DNA of 61,189 bases from positions 1-61,189 of the forward strand of contig JAQGDQ010000598.1 of assembly GCA_030141605.1 (NCBI GenBank), in the 5' to 3' direction. Under the pieces are notes generated by a model that worked only from the letters and a program-made list of their open reading frames with translations, was not told where the DNA came from and ran no database searches. Shown one piece after another: positions 1 through 11,987 of this stretch. The position numbers and the translations under genes are program-made. Positions within the stretch are counted from its first letter, which is position 1; each line of letters starts with the position of its first letter. Source of the DNA: Tubiluchus corallicola (Eukaryota; Animalia; Priapulida).

Positions 1-384
1 TAATCTTTATTTGCCATAAAAAATCGATATTCACAACTATAAAAACATAAAAGAACATCGCAGCATGAGAATAAAATTCACACAACTGTTAAAGGCAAAT
101 GCGTCCAGTGCAAACTAAAAACTACTGTGCCAAAAATTTTAGCGCATGTACCACGGCAACAATAAACGAGAATTTTAGTTGTTGATTCTCTACTAATGAC
201 AATATTGCACTACCATTAATTCTCTTAATTAAAACAAATAAAAATTTAAACCACCTTAAATACTTCCAATTTCCAACCTCCCATGATTTGGATTAAATTA
301 CACGTATCAAATAAGTGCTGAGATTGTGAGAAAAACTGAAAAAAGATAACGACTTTTGTTAGTAATGACTTTCGCACAACTTAG

Positions 385-492
385 ATTTGCCAAGAAAGTA
401 ACAGGCTCAGAACACATGTCATATGAACAGAGACTGAAAGCTTTTTATTTTTAACTTAACAAAATTGGAAAACTAGGCGCCTTGGAGTTCTC
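385..492 (+). mobile_element. Decayed CR1/L2-type LINE 3' ORF2 fragment
   Basis: Translates to KKVTGSEHMSYEQRLKA..NLTKLE.RRLG, resembling the CR1-group C-terminal motif (K.VPGL..LSYEERL..L.L..LE.RR.RGD); frameshifted. Confidence 0.5.
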
Positions 493-1767
493 TTACTGTA
501 CATTAAAAAAATGTGAGTGTGCCATTTGGTAGAGGGTGTACTGCACAAGCGCGAAAGCACATTATGTTAAGTTACTATTTCGTTCTCTCATTTAAACAAA
601 GCAAGCAGCAGTACTTGAGAATTCTGGTAATAATAACTGGGTCTATGTACGTACCTTTCAATGTACACTGCTGTTTTATTCAACTTTCACAATATTTTAG
701 AATAACTTCTGTCATAGTAATAATACATCATTATTAAAGCTGCAACATGGCATTTTCCTGTATTAATTATAAATTATTTGATTAGTCAATGATAGACCTT
801 CAACAAATTTAATTTTATTTTAAGGAAACGCACGTTCTGGATAGGTAATGTGAAAAATCTTTATATAAACTTTGAAACTGGTAGTCATAAAAGATATCCC
901 GTAGTGGAAACGCTATTTGTTGTGAGACTGCGAAAGTCAAGGAATGACGTCTATTTTGTAAAAAGCAAACACCAAAAGCAAAAGTTTTTGAAGACCATAC
1001 GTTGACGGATCATCTCGAACATAATGTAGGTGTAATCGTATTATGTAAGTCCGAAAGTCTAATCCTTATTACTGCTTCGAGGTGGACGTATTAATAAATT
1101 GACGTTTACCTGGTAAGTTGATGTAATACAAGTTTCAAAGAAGTAAATCCTTATGTCTTAAGTAGATCTAAAAGTTAAACTAAAAGAAAAACTCTAATTA
1201 TTAAGTAAAGGTCAAAATAGGGACATAGTACTGCAGTTAAATCGTTATAATTTTGGTTAAATCTTGCAATCCTAATTTGAGAATCTATTGCCTGCTACTA
1301 GCATTGCATTGCATTAACATAATGTACAATAATTTTCCCTTGTACATGTGTGTGAAAGTTTATATCAATTATTATTGTATTATAAGATTGTAATTTGCAC
1401 TACCAGTGTGTAACCTACTAAATAAGTCATGAAAATTTTACATTTTTATCTTTAGATATCTTGAAGTCTTGAATAATATGCTTATGAAAGTCTTTGATGA
1501 CATACTAGAAGTTTGGGGTGTTCATGGTTAGTACAAACGCTGAGAAAAGCAACTTGCTAACTGGTGATGGTATTAGAGGTTATGAAAAGAGGTGAAACAA
1601 GCAAAGCAAACGTGGGTGCGGGCTAAAAACACAGTTAGATTTACAGACAGGTTAGGTGGGATGGCACCCTCATGGTAGAAACAGCAGAGAGTGCTAGTGC
1701 TTGGAAGTGATCTCTATATCTCAAACAGAAATAGGTTTGCGTAACTGGAATATTAAAACATATTACC

Positions 1768-1820
1768 GGTGTAGCTGCCCAAAAACCAGAAGGCTTCGGG
1801 TTCGACTCCCAATGGAGCCC
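1768..1820 (+). mobile_element. tRNA-derived SINE head or tRNA pseudogene fragment
   Basis: GGTGTAGCT followed by a B-box-like GGTTCGACTCCC; too short and deleted for a full cloverleaf. Confidence 0.4.
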
Positions 1821-1997
1821 TAAATTTTCCAGGCTTTCTAATTTTGTGCTGCTTTTTGCTTTGTTTTTTTTATGTAATAAATGAGTAAATTAAGTTAAAC
1901 CTTGAATTTTTTTTACAAATCTTTTTATTCTTTTAAATAGGAATAAACTGTGAATAGCTAGTGGTGAGAGACCCAGCAATTAATAAATCTATTGCAA

Positions 1998-4900
1998 ATG
2001 GCTTCACAAGCTTTTACTGCGACTGTCAGAGCTGTAAAGTCAAGACCTCTTATACCAAAGAAAGCTGCTATAGTGCTGGTACGTTTTAGACTGTCTTTTT
2101 AGATTATGGATAATAACTTTTGTGTGAGTAACTAGCGAAATCACTGATCAACGGTTTTTAATGTAGTTTACTACATTGTAAATGGTTAGTACTTGGATGG
2201 GTGACCGCCTAGGAATTCTAGGTGCTGTAGGCTTGCGGGATGCCCACACTGTATCTCGACACTACGCGGAGGAGCTGTACAAGCCACCAACGACTAGAGG
2301 GCGGAGGAGGTCAAGTGACCAACGGCCATGTGTAGAAGAGTAAACCTTCTAAATAACGAGTGGAGCCCCAAAGGTGGACCAGTGCAGCATGCTCAGCTCC
2401 GACAGCTCCTGCAGCCAACCTGGTGCCAAACGTATCACTCCGCTTTTCTTTGGACTACACTAGGGAGGGTGAGAGGGGGTTCCTGTTGTCTGGGCAACTC
2501 AGGATCTCCATACACCTTGCCCAGGCGTGCGCCCTGGAGACGTTCAAGGATCGGACTGCTCAGCCACAGTCAACGCTGCAGCTCCATCAATGTGATCAAT
2601 AACTGACTCTCTTGGCGCACACTACATTGTCTTCCGAGACAGAAGGATGCCAACAACAACAACATTGTAAATTAGTGTATGGGTGCCTGCAGGTGGTGCA
2701 CTGACTCACGTGCGCCCACAGAATTTCTTAAGAAAAAAAAATTTATGGTTAAACAAAATTTTTTAGCAGTAAGCCAAGAAATCCCTGACAGCATGTTTGA
2801 CCCAGCTACTTATACGAGTTATAGTGTCAACCTTGACAGTTTATTTTGCACAGCGTGCTTAGTGTTTGTGTTTGTGGTGCCTTCATACATGAGCCATATT
2901 CAAACAGGAATAATGTTGATCGTGGTGCCTGAGGACCTAGTTTCTAGAAACCGCAAAATGGTCTAAAATTCAGTAAAATGCATGTGTGGCCGAGACGTTC
3001 TATTGTTTAGCTGTAGTCTAATGGGAAAAATTATCACGCACACAAATTTAGTAAAAAAATTTGTGTGAATGGTGGGCTGTAAGCTTAACAGTCTCAAAAT
3101 CAGTTTTATGTTTGAGTATACCACATTTTGCTGGGTAGATAATCTTTTCACTAAATTAATTAAGCTTAAGTCATGGGTCAACTGCATTGCAGTGTGTTAC
3201 AAACTTGCTTTTAAGATGTATGACTACTACAATAAAATACAATGAATATTACCTGGGCAAATGTAGGTAAATATATTTATTAAAGCAGAATATTTCATGT
3301 TTGAGGAACTCTATGTATGAGAATTTAGATCTCATTTGAGGCCTGCAAAATGTGTTTAAATACAAGAAGAACCCCCAGACCCACTAGCTTCTTGTGTGTC
3401 AAATTTTTTTAAATTCTGGCAGCACCCGTGAATTGGTGTTGTGAACGTCATTTTTGAAGTTGTTGTTCAGTCACTTTGTTATGATTGAGTTTAGGCACAG
3501 AGAAGTATGAATAGGAACCAAAAATCTGTAATAAATATTTGCACTGCACACAACAGAAAAGTGTTTATTAAACTACAGAAAACATGAGTAGCAAAACTGC
3601 TGCACTGAACATTGAGCAAAAACTAGAAAGCAAAAACAGTCAGTAAAACCTGTTTCACAGCCAGTATACAGGTATAGAACTTGACCTATGCAGACTTGCA
3701 CAGGCTTTACAACAACCATTAATTTTAGATAGGGAGAGGGCCAGTGTGCATGTGGTCACTGAACCATACAATTATACTCAAGGTAAGTCAGTTGGTAGAA
3801 TGTAACAGAATTAGCACATAGATGGCAGCACCTAACTACAATGTTCAATTCCAACTTCCACAGTGTCTTGGAATTGAGGCATATGCCTAGTCTGAAAAAT
3901 CTGATAGTGTGGCAGGACGGAAATCAATGAGATGATGCTCTGCAGGGGTTGTTAAGTTAATAAGTGTTTGTTTTTCAGACCACTGCAGCTGTTAATAGGA
4001 TAAAAGAACTGCTAGCAGATCAGCCCGCTGCTGTAAGTACTTTAAAAATCCTATTTGAAATCCATTCTTCATTTCTTCTTCACTACACCATTCAGAATGT
4101 GCTTTATAAGATCTACGACTTTTCTGTTACTATATGAGTACAGATACAAGTAAAAGATTAGAAGTGAAGTGCTTTTCTATTCAGTAGAATATCGGCTGTC
4201 CAATAGTGTTATTTGTTTAAACATTTATAAATGATTTAAGTGATTAAAATTAAGATAAACACGCCCTCTTCAGGCACTCCAACTTCACATCATTGTGGTA
4301 AGTTTTGACGTCTAGTCCTTGTGGTAAGTTTTGATGTCTAGTTGTTGGGTTTAGATGTATTTGTTATGGTTTACAGTGTTGTTAACTGCAAAATGTGTGA
4401 GACACTGTGAGACTGGAGTGTTTTGAAACTAATTTTGATCAGTTTAGAATTTTGAGGTTCTTTTCATCTTTCATCGTCGTTCCCATTCATTCCCATTGAG
4501 CAACTTAGTCTGGTGAACATTTGGGTGATCCTATCCACTAATTTATTAATCTCCTGCTTGCTACAGCCCAAGCTGTGCAGTGTGCTGCTACTATATTCCA
4601 GGAAAAACCAACCAATCAGTCAAGGACAAATTAAAGTCGTTTCATCTTTTAACAAGAATATCTCCTTTAAAATAGAGTAGACTTGAGACCAAAGTTTATC
4701 AGAGTGTTGTGTCTGGGTATTTAAAATTTTCTGCATTAGCCAATTCACACAAGTGATACTGTACTTTGTTACAGTGCAAACACTGCAGTTACTGAAAGAT
4801 TTTTTCAATTTTTTCTTTAAAAATCATTTTTTAATTTGTCTAAGGTAAGCAGATGCACTTCATATATAATTTTGCATGACAATCCATTGTATGAGGAGTA

Positions 4901-7900
4901 GAAAATATAATATAATCGTAGCTTAGTGAGAGAGCAGTTTTTCATGAACCCATGCAAAATACAACAAAACACTTACGGTTCAGAAGGAGTTAAAGCCATT
5001 CCATTTTTGAGCAAAGCTGGTGCGACAAGCCTTTGCATAGTGTTTTAAAGCACAAAAAAACCCATTCACATTAAGCTTAAAAAATTCGTCTCGAAATTTT
5101 ATACCACTTACATACTACCTTTTCGTATGCATGGCTTGCATCGGCCATAACGCTGTATAAAACGTGTAAATTTAAACTCCCGCGATGACCGTTAGGCACA
5201 GCCATTTTAATAGTAGGTCGTTTGAAACAAGTTTTGATAACACTGAGTAAAGTTCGAAAAAATAATCAGTGCATTCGCAGCATACATGTTGTTAACAAAG
5301 TAAAATTTTAAATTACTGTATCTTGTCAATAAGATTAAAAATGCGTTTTTGGCTAGTGAGTGGCGCACCCTGGAGGATGAGTCAGCGACATTTTACAAAT
5401 TGGCACAAACATTTTAAATTATTAGTCTAGTTACATAAGTCTTTCCAGCAGGTAAATGAAATGCTAAGTAATATAGATTTGCAAGGAAAGATTTTTGGGT
5501 CATAATTTAACATTGTCTTTTTTCCCCTGATTGCCGTTGGAACAGCATTGCAGGAGATTTAAAATGAAAACAAACGAAAATTCCCTTCACCACGAATACA
5601 ATATGTGCAATAAAATTGCTGTAAAGCAATATATTTTTTTAAGGCGATTTTTCTGAAACCTACTTCAGGTGCCCCTTTTCTTGTCCTTTAATGTCATATT
5701 TTAACATTCATTATCGATACCGTGATTAAATTTCAGATTGGTATGAAAGTTGGAGTCAGGCAACGAGGTTGCAGTGGACTTTCCTACACGCTAGATTACG
5801 CTACAGAGAAGAAAAAATTTGACGAAATGGTGGAGCAGGATGGTAGGTAGTTCGCATGGCAGTCTCCTGGAATATTCCTGTTTTTGCTTATTTCTTGAAT
5901 AGTTAATAATTAATTGTCCCGATTCTTCCTTTGTGTTACATGAGCTACTTTAGCAATAGATATGAATAGTTGTTCTTTAATCCACTACTACCAAGTCATT
6001 AGCAATCTAGTCAGTGTAACAAACTCTATGAAAAGCACTTCTTACTGTTAACCCTTTCATACCCATTGTATCCCGTGGGATACGAGAAATTTTCTGCCTT
6101 TAAAATTAATTAAATTTTAAAACTGACAGTTATTTTATCTGCTAATAGTTAATTTGATTTAAGCCAATAACAATAGACTAAAAGTGGTGATAAAATGGCA
6201 AACTAGAAAATCTACATAGCATAAAAAACTGTGAAAGGTACAGTACTTTAGAGATGACTTTCTACAGATCAGCATAGCATGCATACTAAATGTCTTAAAT
6301 ACTTTAAAAAATTATCAGCAATTGCAAAATGAAGCACATTTTTTGCTTTTGTTGTTTTTTTTTAAAAAATCGGACTTTGTTTTTTTGCACATGACAAAGA
6401 ATGTTGTGTATGCCACGGGATACATTGGGAACAAAAGTACCAAGCCAAAAAATTTTTCTTATTAAAAAAATAATTTGGGACTGAAAGGGTTAAGGAAATT
6501 GGAAAAAGTAACACAAGTAATTGCAAATTTTTAAAAAAGTGCACTAGCTACTGCAATAGGCTTGTTCTCCATTACATACAAAAAAGTTGTCTTTCTCACC
6601 TCACTAATAATAGGTAATATAACATTTGAAAGACAGTCTGTTGTTGGTTGAGGGGGCGCTGGCCGTTGCGGCACTGCTTCTATATGTTTCTGCCGATCAG
6701 GCGACTTTGTTTTTGGTGGAGATGCCACACGGGCCTTTTTCCCAGGTGGTAACTAATTAAATGAGAACAAACAAAAGTGTAAAATGTAATAATCACACAT
6801 GCATTTGGACAACCAACAATACTTTCAACTGTAGCACGATTGAATAACCTTGGCATCAGGGCCGGAACTAGATGTGGCAAGCAGGGGGGGCGCAAAAATT
6901 TTCTGGGGGGGTGGGCGAGGTATCCGAAGTGGTTAAATAATGGTTAAGCCAATTTTAACCCCTTTTATACTGCATGCAGGCCTATAATTAGCATGTGTAG
7001 GACAGCATAGCGGACAAAGCAATAATGAGAAAATTAACTCTCAGTTAACCTAACTTTATTAATGTGCCTCTAACTAAATTGTTATTTACAGAAATTTATG
7101 ACACACAAGTTTTAAGAAAATAATACACTGAAGCTACCAAACATTTTTTATCTAATTCTAATTCATATTGAAAATGATTACATGTAAACTGCAATTTTCA
7201 CTGCAAAAAAATTATTTGTCCGATTTTGCAAGGAGGGGTCGTAAATTTTGACAAGGGGGGCGCCCCCCCCCTAGTTCCACCCCTGCTTGGCATGTCATTT
7301 GCAATGCATCTGTGTGGAAACAAGAATGCTGCAACTGTTGTAGTCGTATATATAATTTTTAAGATTAAACCATAGGAAGTGATGAACGTTAACTGGTCTA
7401 CAGTAATTCTTTAAAGTTTTTAGGATTTCACAGTCGCAGTTCTGAAGATGAAATAAATAAATGAAAAAGTTAGGAGCTATTTTTGCCGAAATTAGTGAAA
7501 CTAGAAATATTAGCTGACTTGGGCTTATGCTTTAAAGAAAAGAACAAGTCACTCAGTATGTTGGGCTTATTTTACTGCTATCACTTAACTTAGAAAAATA
7601 TTACAAAGAAATTTGCAAAGAACTGTCTATAAAGCACAAATTTGAAATAAACTCTCTCTGAATAGAAATTTTAAGGCGTGGTGGTAGCCATTCACTTGAA
7701 AATTGTGACGTAGCTGGGAGACTTCATGGCTTTTCGTAAGCGTGCACGCTGCTTAAACTATTTCGTACATCTGCAACATACCTAATATTCATATTCATAC
7801 TAAAATATTAGAAAGTCAGCTGTGTAATTTGGCAAGGATTTGGCAGAAGACTCTTATTCTTGAAATAACAAAAAATACTGTCGTGTTTAGAAAGTACTGT

Positions 7901-8941
7901 GAGTTTCATTTTGGCATGTATAAAATCTTTGTTATTTTTAGTCAAAGCCAGTTTTTGAATGCATATGTCATCATGTCTGTGTGCTAGTTGACGTTAAGTA
8001 TAATAACTGGTGATAACCATTAACAATATTATTGTTTCGTCTCCTCTCAGACTACATGCCACACACACACGCACACACACACACACACACAACAAACATG
8101 CCTGTACTGATCTAGGCAGACATAGACAGGTTGTAATTTGCTGGGATCATCTTCAAGTATTATTAAGTATGCTTTTAGTTTGCTGTGGTGCCCCCTACAT
8201 TTTCACTGCACTTGCAGATAACAAGGAAAAATCCTTAATTGTGCTTGCATAGCAAAATCCTCCATAAGTCAACAGTTAAGATTTTTCTAGTTATACACAT
8301 ACCCTGAATTTCCATTTCGTGAAGATCATTTTAATGCCAAGCTCATCGCTCTATGTTATTTCAAATGTTGGTTGCTACGGACATTGCAAGAACACGTTGA
8401 AGTTATGTTTAAATCCACTAGATGGCTCTTGCCGTGATATGGGCTTGACAACAAAAAAAACTAAAAGCAAAAAGACTGCTTCAGTGAGCTACCACCAGTG
8501 TTTTAGCATGCGAGTTTTTTACAATTGCATTAATAGTTTTTAGCCAGAAAAGCGGGTACGAGGTTATAAAATCAGTTTTTTGGTATTTTTTAAATGTTTT
8601 CTTGATAATTTGATACTAGAATGTAAAGTCAATTATATTTAGCATTTGTTTTTATAAAAAATTAACCAAATGTTTGATGCATTCTGCTTTGAAGCATCAT
8701 AATGTAGTTTTGACTGGATGGTTTTGGTTTGGAAGTACACAATTATTAATTGCACTATGTATGCTAATGATATTACTTTATTACATTATCAGGTGTAAAG
8801 TTACTGATAGACAAAAAGGCACAACTGTCATTGCTAGGCACAGAAATGGACTTTGTTGAAAACAGACTGACTTCAGAATTTGTCTTCAACAATCCGAACG
8901 TCAAAGGTACTTGTGGCTGTGGGGAAAGCTTTACTGTCTAG
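1998..8941 (+). CDS. ISCA1: Iron-sulfur cluster assembly 1 homolog, mitochondrial (129 aa, 4 coding exons)
   Basis: Exons 1998-2078, 3979-4032, 5737-5842 and 8793-8941; all GT-AG and phase-compatible, 390 nt in total. Protein MASQAFTATVRAVKSRPLIPKKAAIVL-TTAAVNRIKELL..-IGMKVGVRQRGCSGLSYTLDY..-GVKLLIDKKAQLSLLGTEMDF..NPNVKGTCGCGESFTV* carries the A-type carrier GCSG and CGCGESF cysteine motifs. An acceptor at 1939-1940 and a donor GTAAGT at 1113 suggest a non-coding first exon. Confidence 0.97.
2184..2661 (+). mobile_element. 5'-truncated 5S rRNA-derived SINE (SINE3 type) with (CAA)n tail
   Basis: 2184-2234 matches the 3' half of 5S rRNA (GGTTAGTACTTGGATGGGTGACCGCCT..GGTGCTGTAGGCTT). GC-rich body, 3' hairpin TGTCT-TCCG-AGACA, (CAA)n tail, and an 11-bp TSD ACATTGTAAAT at 2173-2183 and 2662-2672. 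Confidence 0.85.
2678..3430. mobile_element. Non-autonomous hAT-type element
   Basis: Imperfect TIRs TATGGGTGCCTGCAG / CTGGCAGCACCCGTG; 8-bp TSD AATTAGTG / AATTGGTG. Confidence 0.65.
3447..3863 (+). repeat. ~415-bp dispersed repeat, inverted copy of 52361-52777
   Basis: Near-identical reverse complement aligned by eye over its full length; no TIRs or TSD seen. Confidence 0.9.
5300..5691. mobile_element. Right part of a Kolobok-like non-autonomous element (same family as 43326-43771)
   Basis: Ends CTTTTCTTGTCCT+TTAA and shares the internal TTTAAAATGAAAACAAAC block with the 43.3-43.8 kb element; left end not resolved. Confidence 0.45.
6052..6489. mobile_element. piggyBac-type MITE
   Basis: TTAA-CCCTTTCA ... 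TGAAAGGG-TTAA termini; subterminal palindrome GTATCCCGTGGGATAC mirrored near the right end. Confidence 0.8.
6600..6752 (-). pseudogene. Orphan exon resembling the C-terminal region of a GCKIII kinase (STK24/25/26-like)
   Basis: Acceptor ATTTAATTAG and donor GTGAG flank a 153-nt open phase 0-0 exon, LPPGKKARVASPPKTKSPDRQKHIEAVPQRPAPPQPTTDCLSNVILPIISE. The end resembles SQCLSTIISPLFAE / SQCLSTLVRPVFGE of STK24/STK25 as recalled. No partner exons found. Confidence 0.55.
6857..7285. mobile_element. hAT-type MITE
   Basis: TIRs CAGGGCCGGAACTAG / CTAGTTCCACCCCTG; perfect 8-bp TSD CTTGGCAT (6849-6856, 7286-7293). Confidence 0.85.
8060..8090. repeat. (CA)n microsatellite
   Basis: Direct observation. 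Confidence 0.9.
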
Positions 8942-9173
8942 CAAATGTGGCTCGTTTAGAAGTTTAATATATACACATGTTGCTCACGCTATTAGACTTT
9001 ATGCGGAAATTGTACGCGAGATATGAGCAACTTGTGCGCGAGATATTACCTCATTTTTTACTCGTCTAGAACAACGTTCACTTTTTTCTCATTTTGTGTT
9101 CTGTCGAACAGTGAACTTTGTGGGTATGTAGTAATGTTGTTTATTGTGGCATTTACTTTTCAGAATGAAAGTA

Positions 9174-9920
9174 CAGTAAACTCCGTGTAACTCAAAATCG
9201 CTTAATTCATAATTTCGCCTAACTCAAATAAAAAATTATGATCAGTTTAATCAAAATACGTGTAATTTATTTCCCCTATCTCAAAAGTGCAATTTATACT
9301 CTAGCCCCGCTGTCATATTGTTTAACAGTGTTGTGTACATGTCCTGTTGCAACATAAAGGAAATGTTCCTCATCAACATCAAACACACACTGTAAAAGAG
9401 TTGTGAAAATTCAGTGTTAGTAATCTATGAAGTCAACCGAAAAATTGTGAAGAAAACAAAACTGGACCAGAAGTGAACTAGGGACCTCTGGATTGCAAAT
9501 GTTTAGCTAAAAATACGTACATTTCTGTTAATTTTCATTTCAAAACCTGAATGTGCCTATCGTGTCACGTATCATTGAAAGTTTTCCAAAGTTTAATTAA
9601 AGTTTTAATTAATTAGTTTTAATTCTGACTGAGCTAGAATCAGAAGATGATAATAAATAACAGAAAATGTATTTTCTGCATTGAAAACATGAGCAACAAA
9701 TTGACAAATATCGGACTATCCGAGAAAGTTTTGCATGTGGCTCCATCTACATAGTTTGTTATTCTTCATGTAATTGTCATCAAATCTCGTCGTTTATGTA
9801 TAGAATGATTGACTTTTTGCTTTCATGTATGGAGGACGGGTTTAGAGTTTCTAGTTGCTGGAAAATGGTCAATATAGTTTTTTTCGGTCCGGTTAGATTC
9901 GAGTTATGGGGAATTTACTG
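9174..9920. mobile_element. Tc1/pogo-type MITE carrying a copied OXCT1 segment
   Basis: TA-CAGTAAACTCC ... GGAATTTACTG-TA termini; internal 9367-9749 is a direct copy of 13710-14099. Confidence 0.75.
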
Positions 9921-10905
9921 TAATCTATTTACTCTGAATAATGAATACTGTTGGATTAATAGACTTGTAAACTTATACGCAAAACTATTAAGAAATGGAT
10001 TAAAAACATGCTAGCTCATTTCAAAGCTTTAAAATGTAATCTTATGTCGTAATGCTTTTATAATGTTAAAGTAAATGCTAGGTCACGTTTGCAAATATTA
10101 AATCTGAAGCATTTGGTAATGAAAGCGTAGTTTTATTAACGTCACGCGTCAGGTACGTTGAGTTGTTTCTTGGTTCAAATTTTTATTTGGTTTTTAATTG
10201 TTTGTCTATAGATGAATAACTTTAGCATTATTTGTACATAATGTGTTTGTTATACTAATGTAAATAAAATTTGTTTTGGTTGTTTCATGAGATTTTGCAG
10301 TTTTAATTCTTAACGAGTCGTGAGTAGTGAGCCAAATAAGGTCATACGTGAATGCTGAGAATTTTTGCCTAATACACGATTGTACACAGAGACGATTATG
10401 CATTTGCAGTTTCCATTAACACTATTAATAATATGCATATCAAAATAACTATGACGTATTTCTCTTTGAAAAATTTAGGCGTACAATTTCTACCTAGTCT
10501 GAATTTTTTATACACAATGCTTTTTCCGATGTTTGACTTTCTTTAATTTGAAAATTCGTTTTTTACGCTATTCCAAAAAGATAAATCTAAATAAGAAAAG
10601 TATGCTTCAAATCGCAAATGTTTGTCTTATAAAATAAATGACATACCTATACAATTCTAATTACATCCTCAACAGAATGTATATCGTAACTCTGCACCAT
10701 TATCTTTGGTTTATACAGCAGGATAAGATAATAAAACCACTCTACTAATAACAGTGTGAAGGTAACCAAGGCAACACTGATCAATACGAAATTCTACAAG
10801 ATCTAGAAAAGATATTTTGCAATTGCTAATGTTATTCATAATTCAAACAATTCCATATGTAACACAATACTGGAGAAATGCTTGACTAATTACGTACTAA
10901 TATAC

Positions 10906-11624
10906 CAGTGGTTCCCATGGGGTACGGGTACCCCCTGGGGGTACACAACAGCAATGCCAGGGGTACGCAGAAGGTGTGTCAGATCGACACATTTTTTCTT
11001 TCTGTAGCCGGTGAAAAGGGTAAAATACACCAAGTTGCAGCATCGCGATATTCTTTCTACAGGTTAGGCAATATTTCACAAACAATATCATTCCTGCGCA
11101 GTGCGCTAGAAAATACTTTTACCCGCCCACGAAAAGCTTATATTTTGTTGCTTTGTTTGTGCTGTATTTGGCTTTCGAGGTGTTGGTTCCATTTGTGACA
11201 ACATACAAATGTGAGCTAGGCTTCAGTGCAATGCTACATTTGAAGACGAAGGCAAGAAACCGTTTGGATTTGAGGAGCGACATGCGAGTCGCAATATCAA
11301 CAATTAAACCTGATATCAAAAAACTTGTTGATAATCATCAAGAACAGCGTGCGCATTAATTATGACTGCTGTGAAGATCGCGTTTCCTTGTATTGGTGTT
11401 TTCATATTCGAGAAAGTTGTTCAAATTACATATTTCTTAATAATCAGTGATAAAATTCATGTTTTCAAAAAAAGTTAAAATGAAAAAAAATGTCGATAAT
11501 ATTAATCGTTGTTTTCTGGAAACTGGTTTTTCAAACGATTTGTTGAAAAATATCAGGTGGGGGTACGCTGAAGATCGCCACATTTAGAAGGGGTACTTGG
11601 CAAGGAAAAGGTTGGGAACCACTG
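10906..11624 (+). mobile_element. hAT (Buster/Charlie) internal-deletion derivative retaining the transposase C-terminal dimerisation region
   Basis: TIRs CAGTGGTTCCCA / TGGGAACCACTG; perfect TSD TAATATAC (NNNTANNN, Buster-type). 11168-11359 encodes LVPFVTTYKCELGFSAMLHLKTKARNRLDLRSDMRVAISTIKPDIKKLV..AH*. Confidence 0.92.
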
Positions 11625-11987
11625 TAATATACCTATATCACGTCATTACTGCAAGTGAAAGAAATAGTGACTAATAATATAATTTGGCAGCTTTGATTCC
11701 CTTTGCCAGTAATCGCTTCACTTTCTCAGATCTATTAATCACACAAATATGCATCTCTATACTAAACTAATGACGGAATTTACCCTGTATCACAAATGAT
11801 TCATATACAAGTATCTACCACTAAGAAAAACTACTATTTAGACTGTAAATGTAACTAAAATTAAATTGATTTTTCAAGCATTTGTCTATAAAATACGATA
11901 TGGATATGAAAATCAGTGGTAATCTAGTTCAGAAATAGAATACTTTTGCACAAAATAACATAAGATTCGTACAGATATTTATGTTAA

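Noticed and set aside
2184-2234. 5S rRNA gene
   Set aside because: Only the 3' half is present, there is no T-run terminator, and it is fused to a SINE body within a TSD.
2328-2606. ORFs of 92 and 80 aa
   Set aside because: They lie within the GC-rich SINE body and show no recognisable protein features.
8100-8460. Minus-strand exon-like or BED-finger-like stretch (CKCSENVGGTTAN) with a donor near 8300
   Set aside because: Stops in all frames and only weak resemblance; possibly a very old hAT remnant but unsupported.
10650-10740. Minus-strand exon-like stretch with a GTATGT donor, considered as a missing OXCT1 exon
   Set aside because: In-frame stop before the donor; the true exons 12 and 13 were found at 13630-13731 and 13044-13085.
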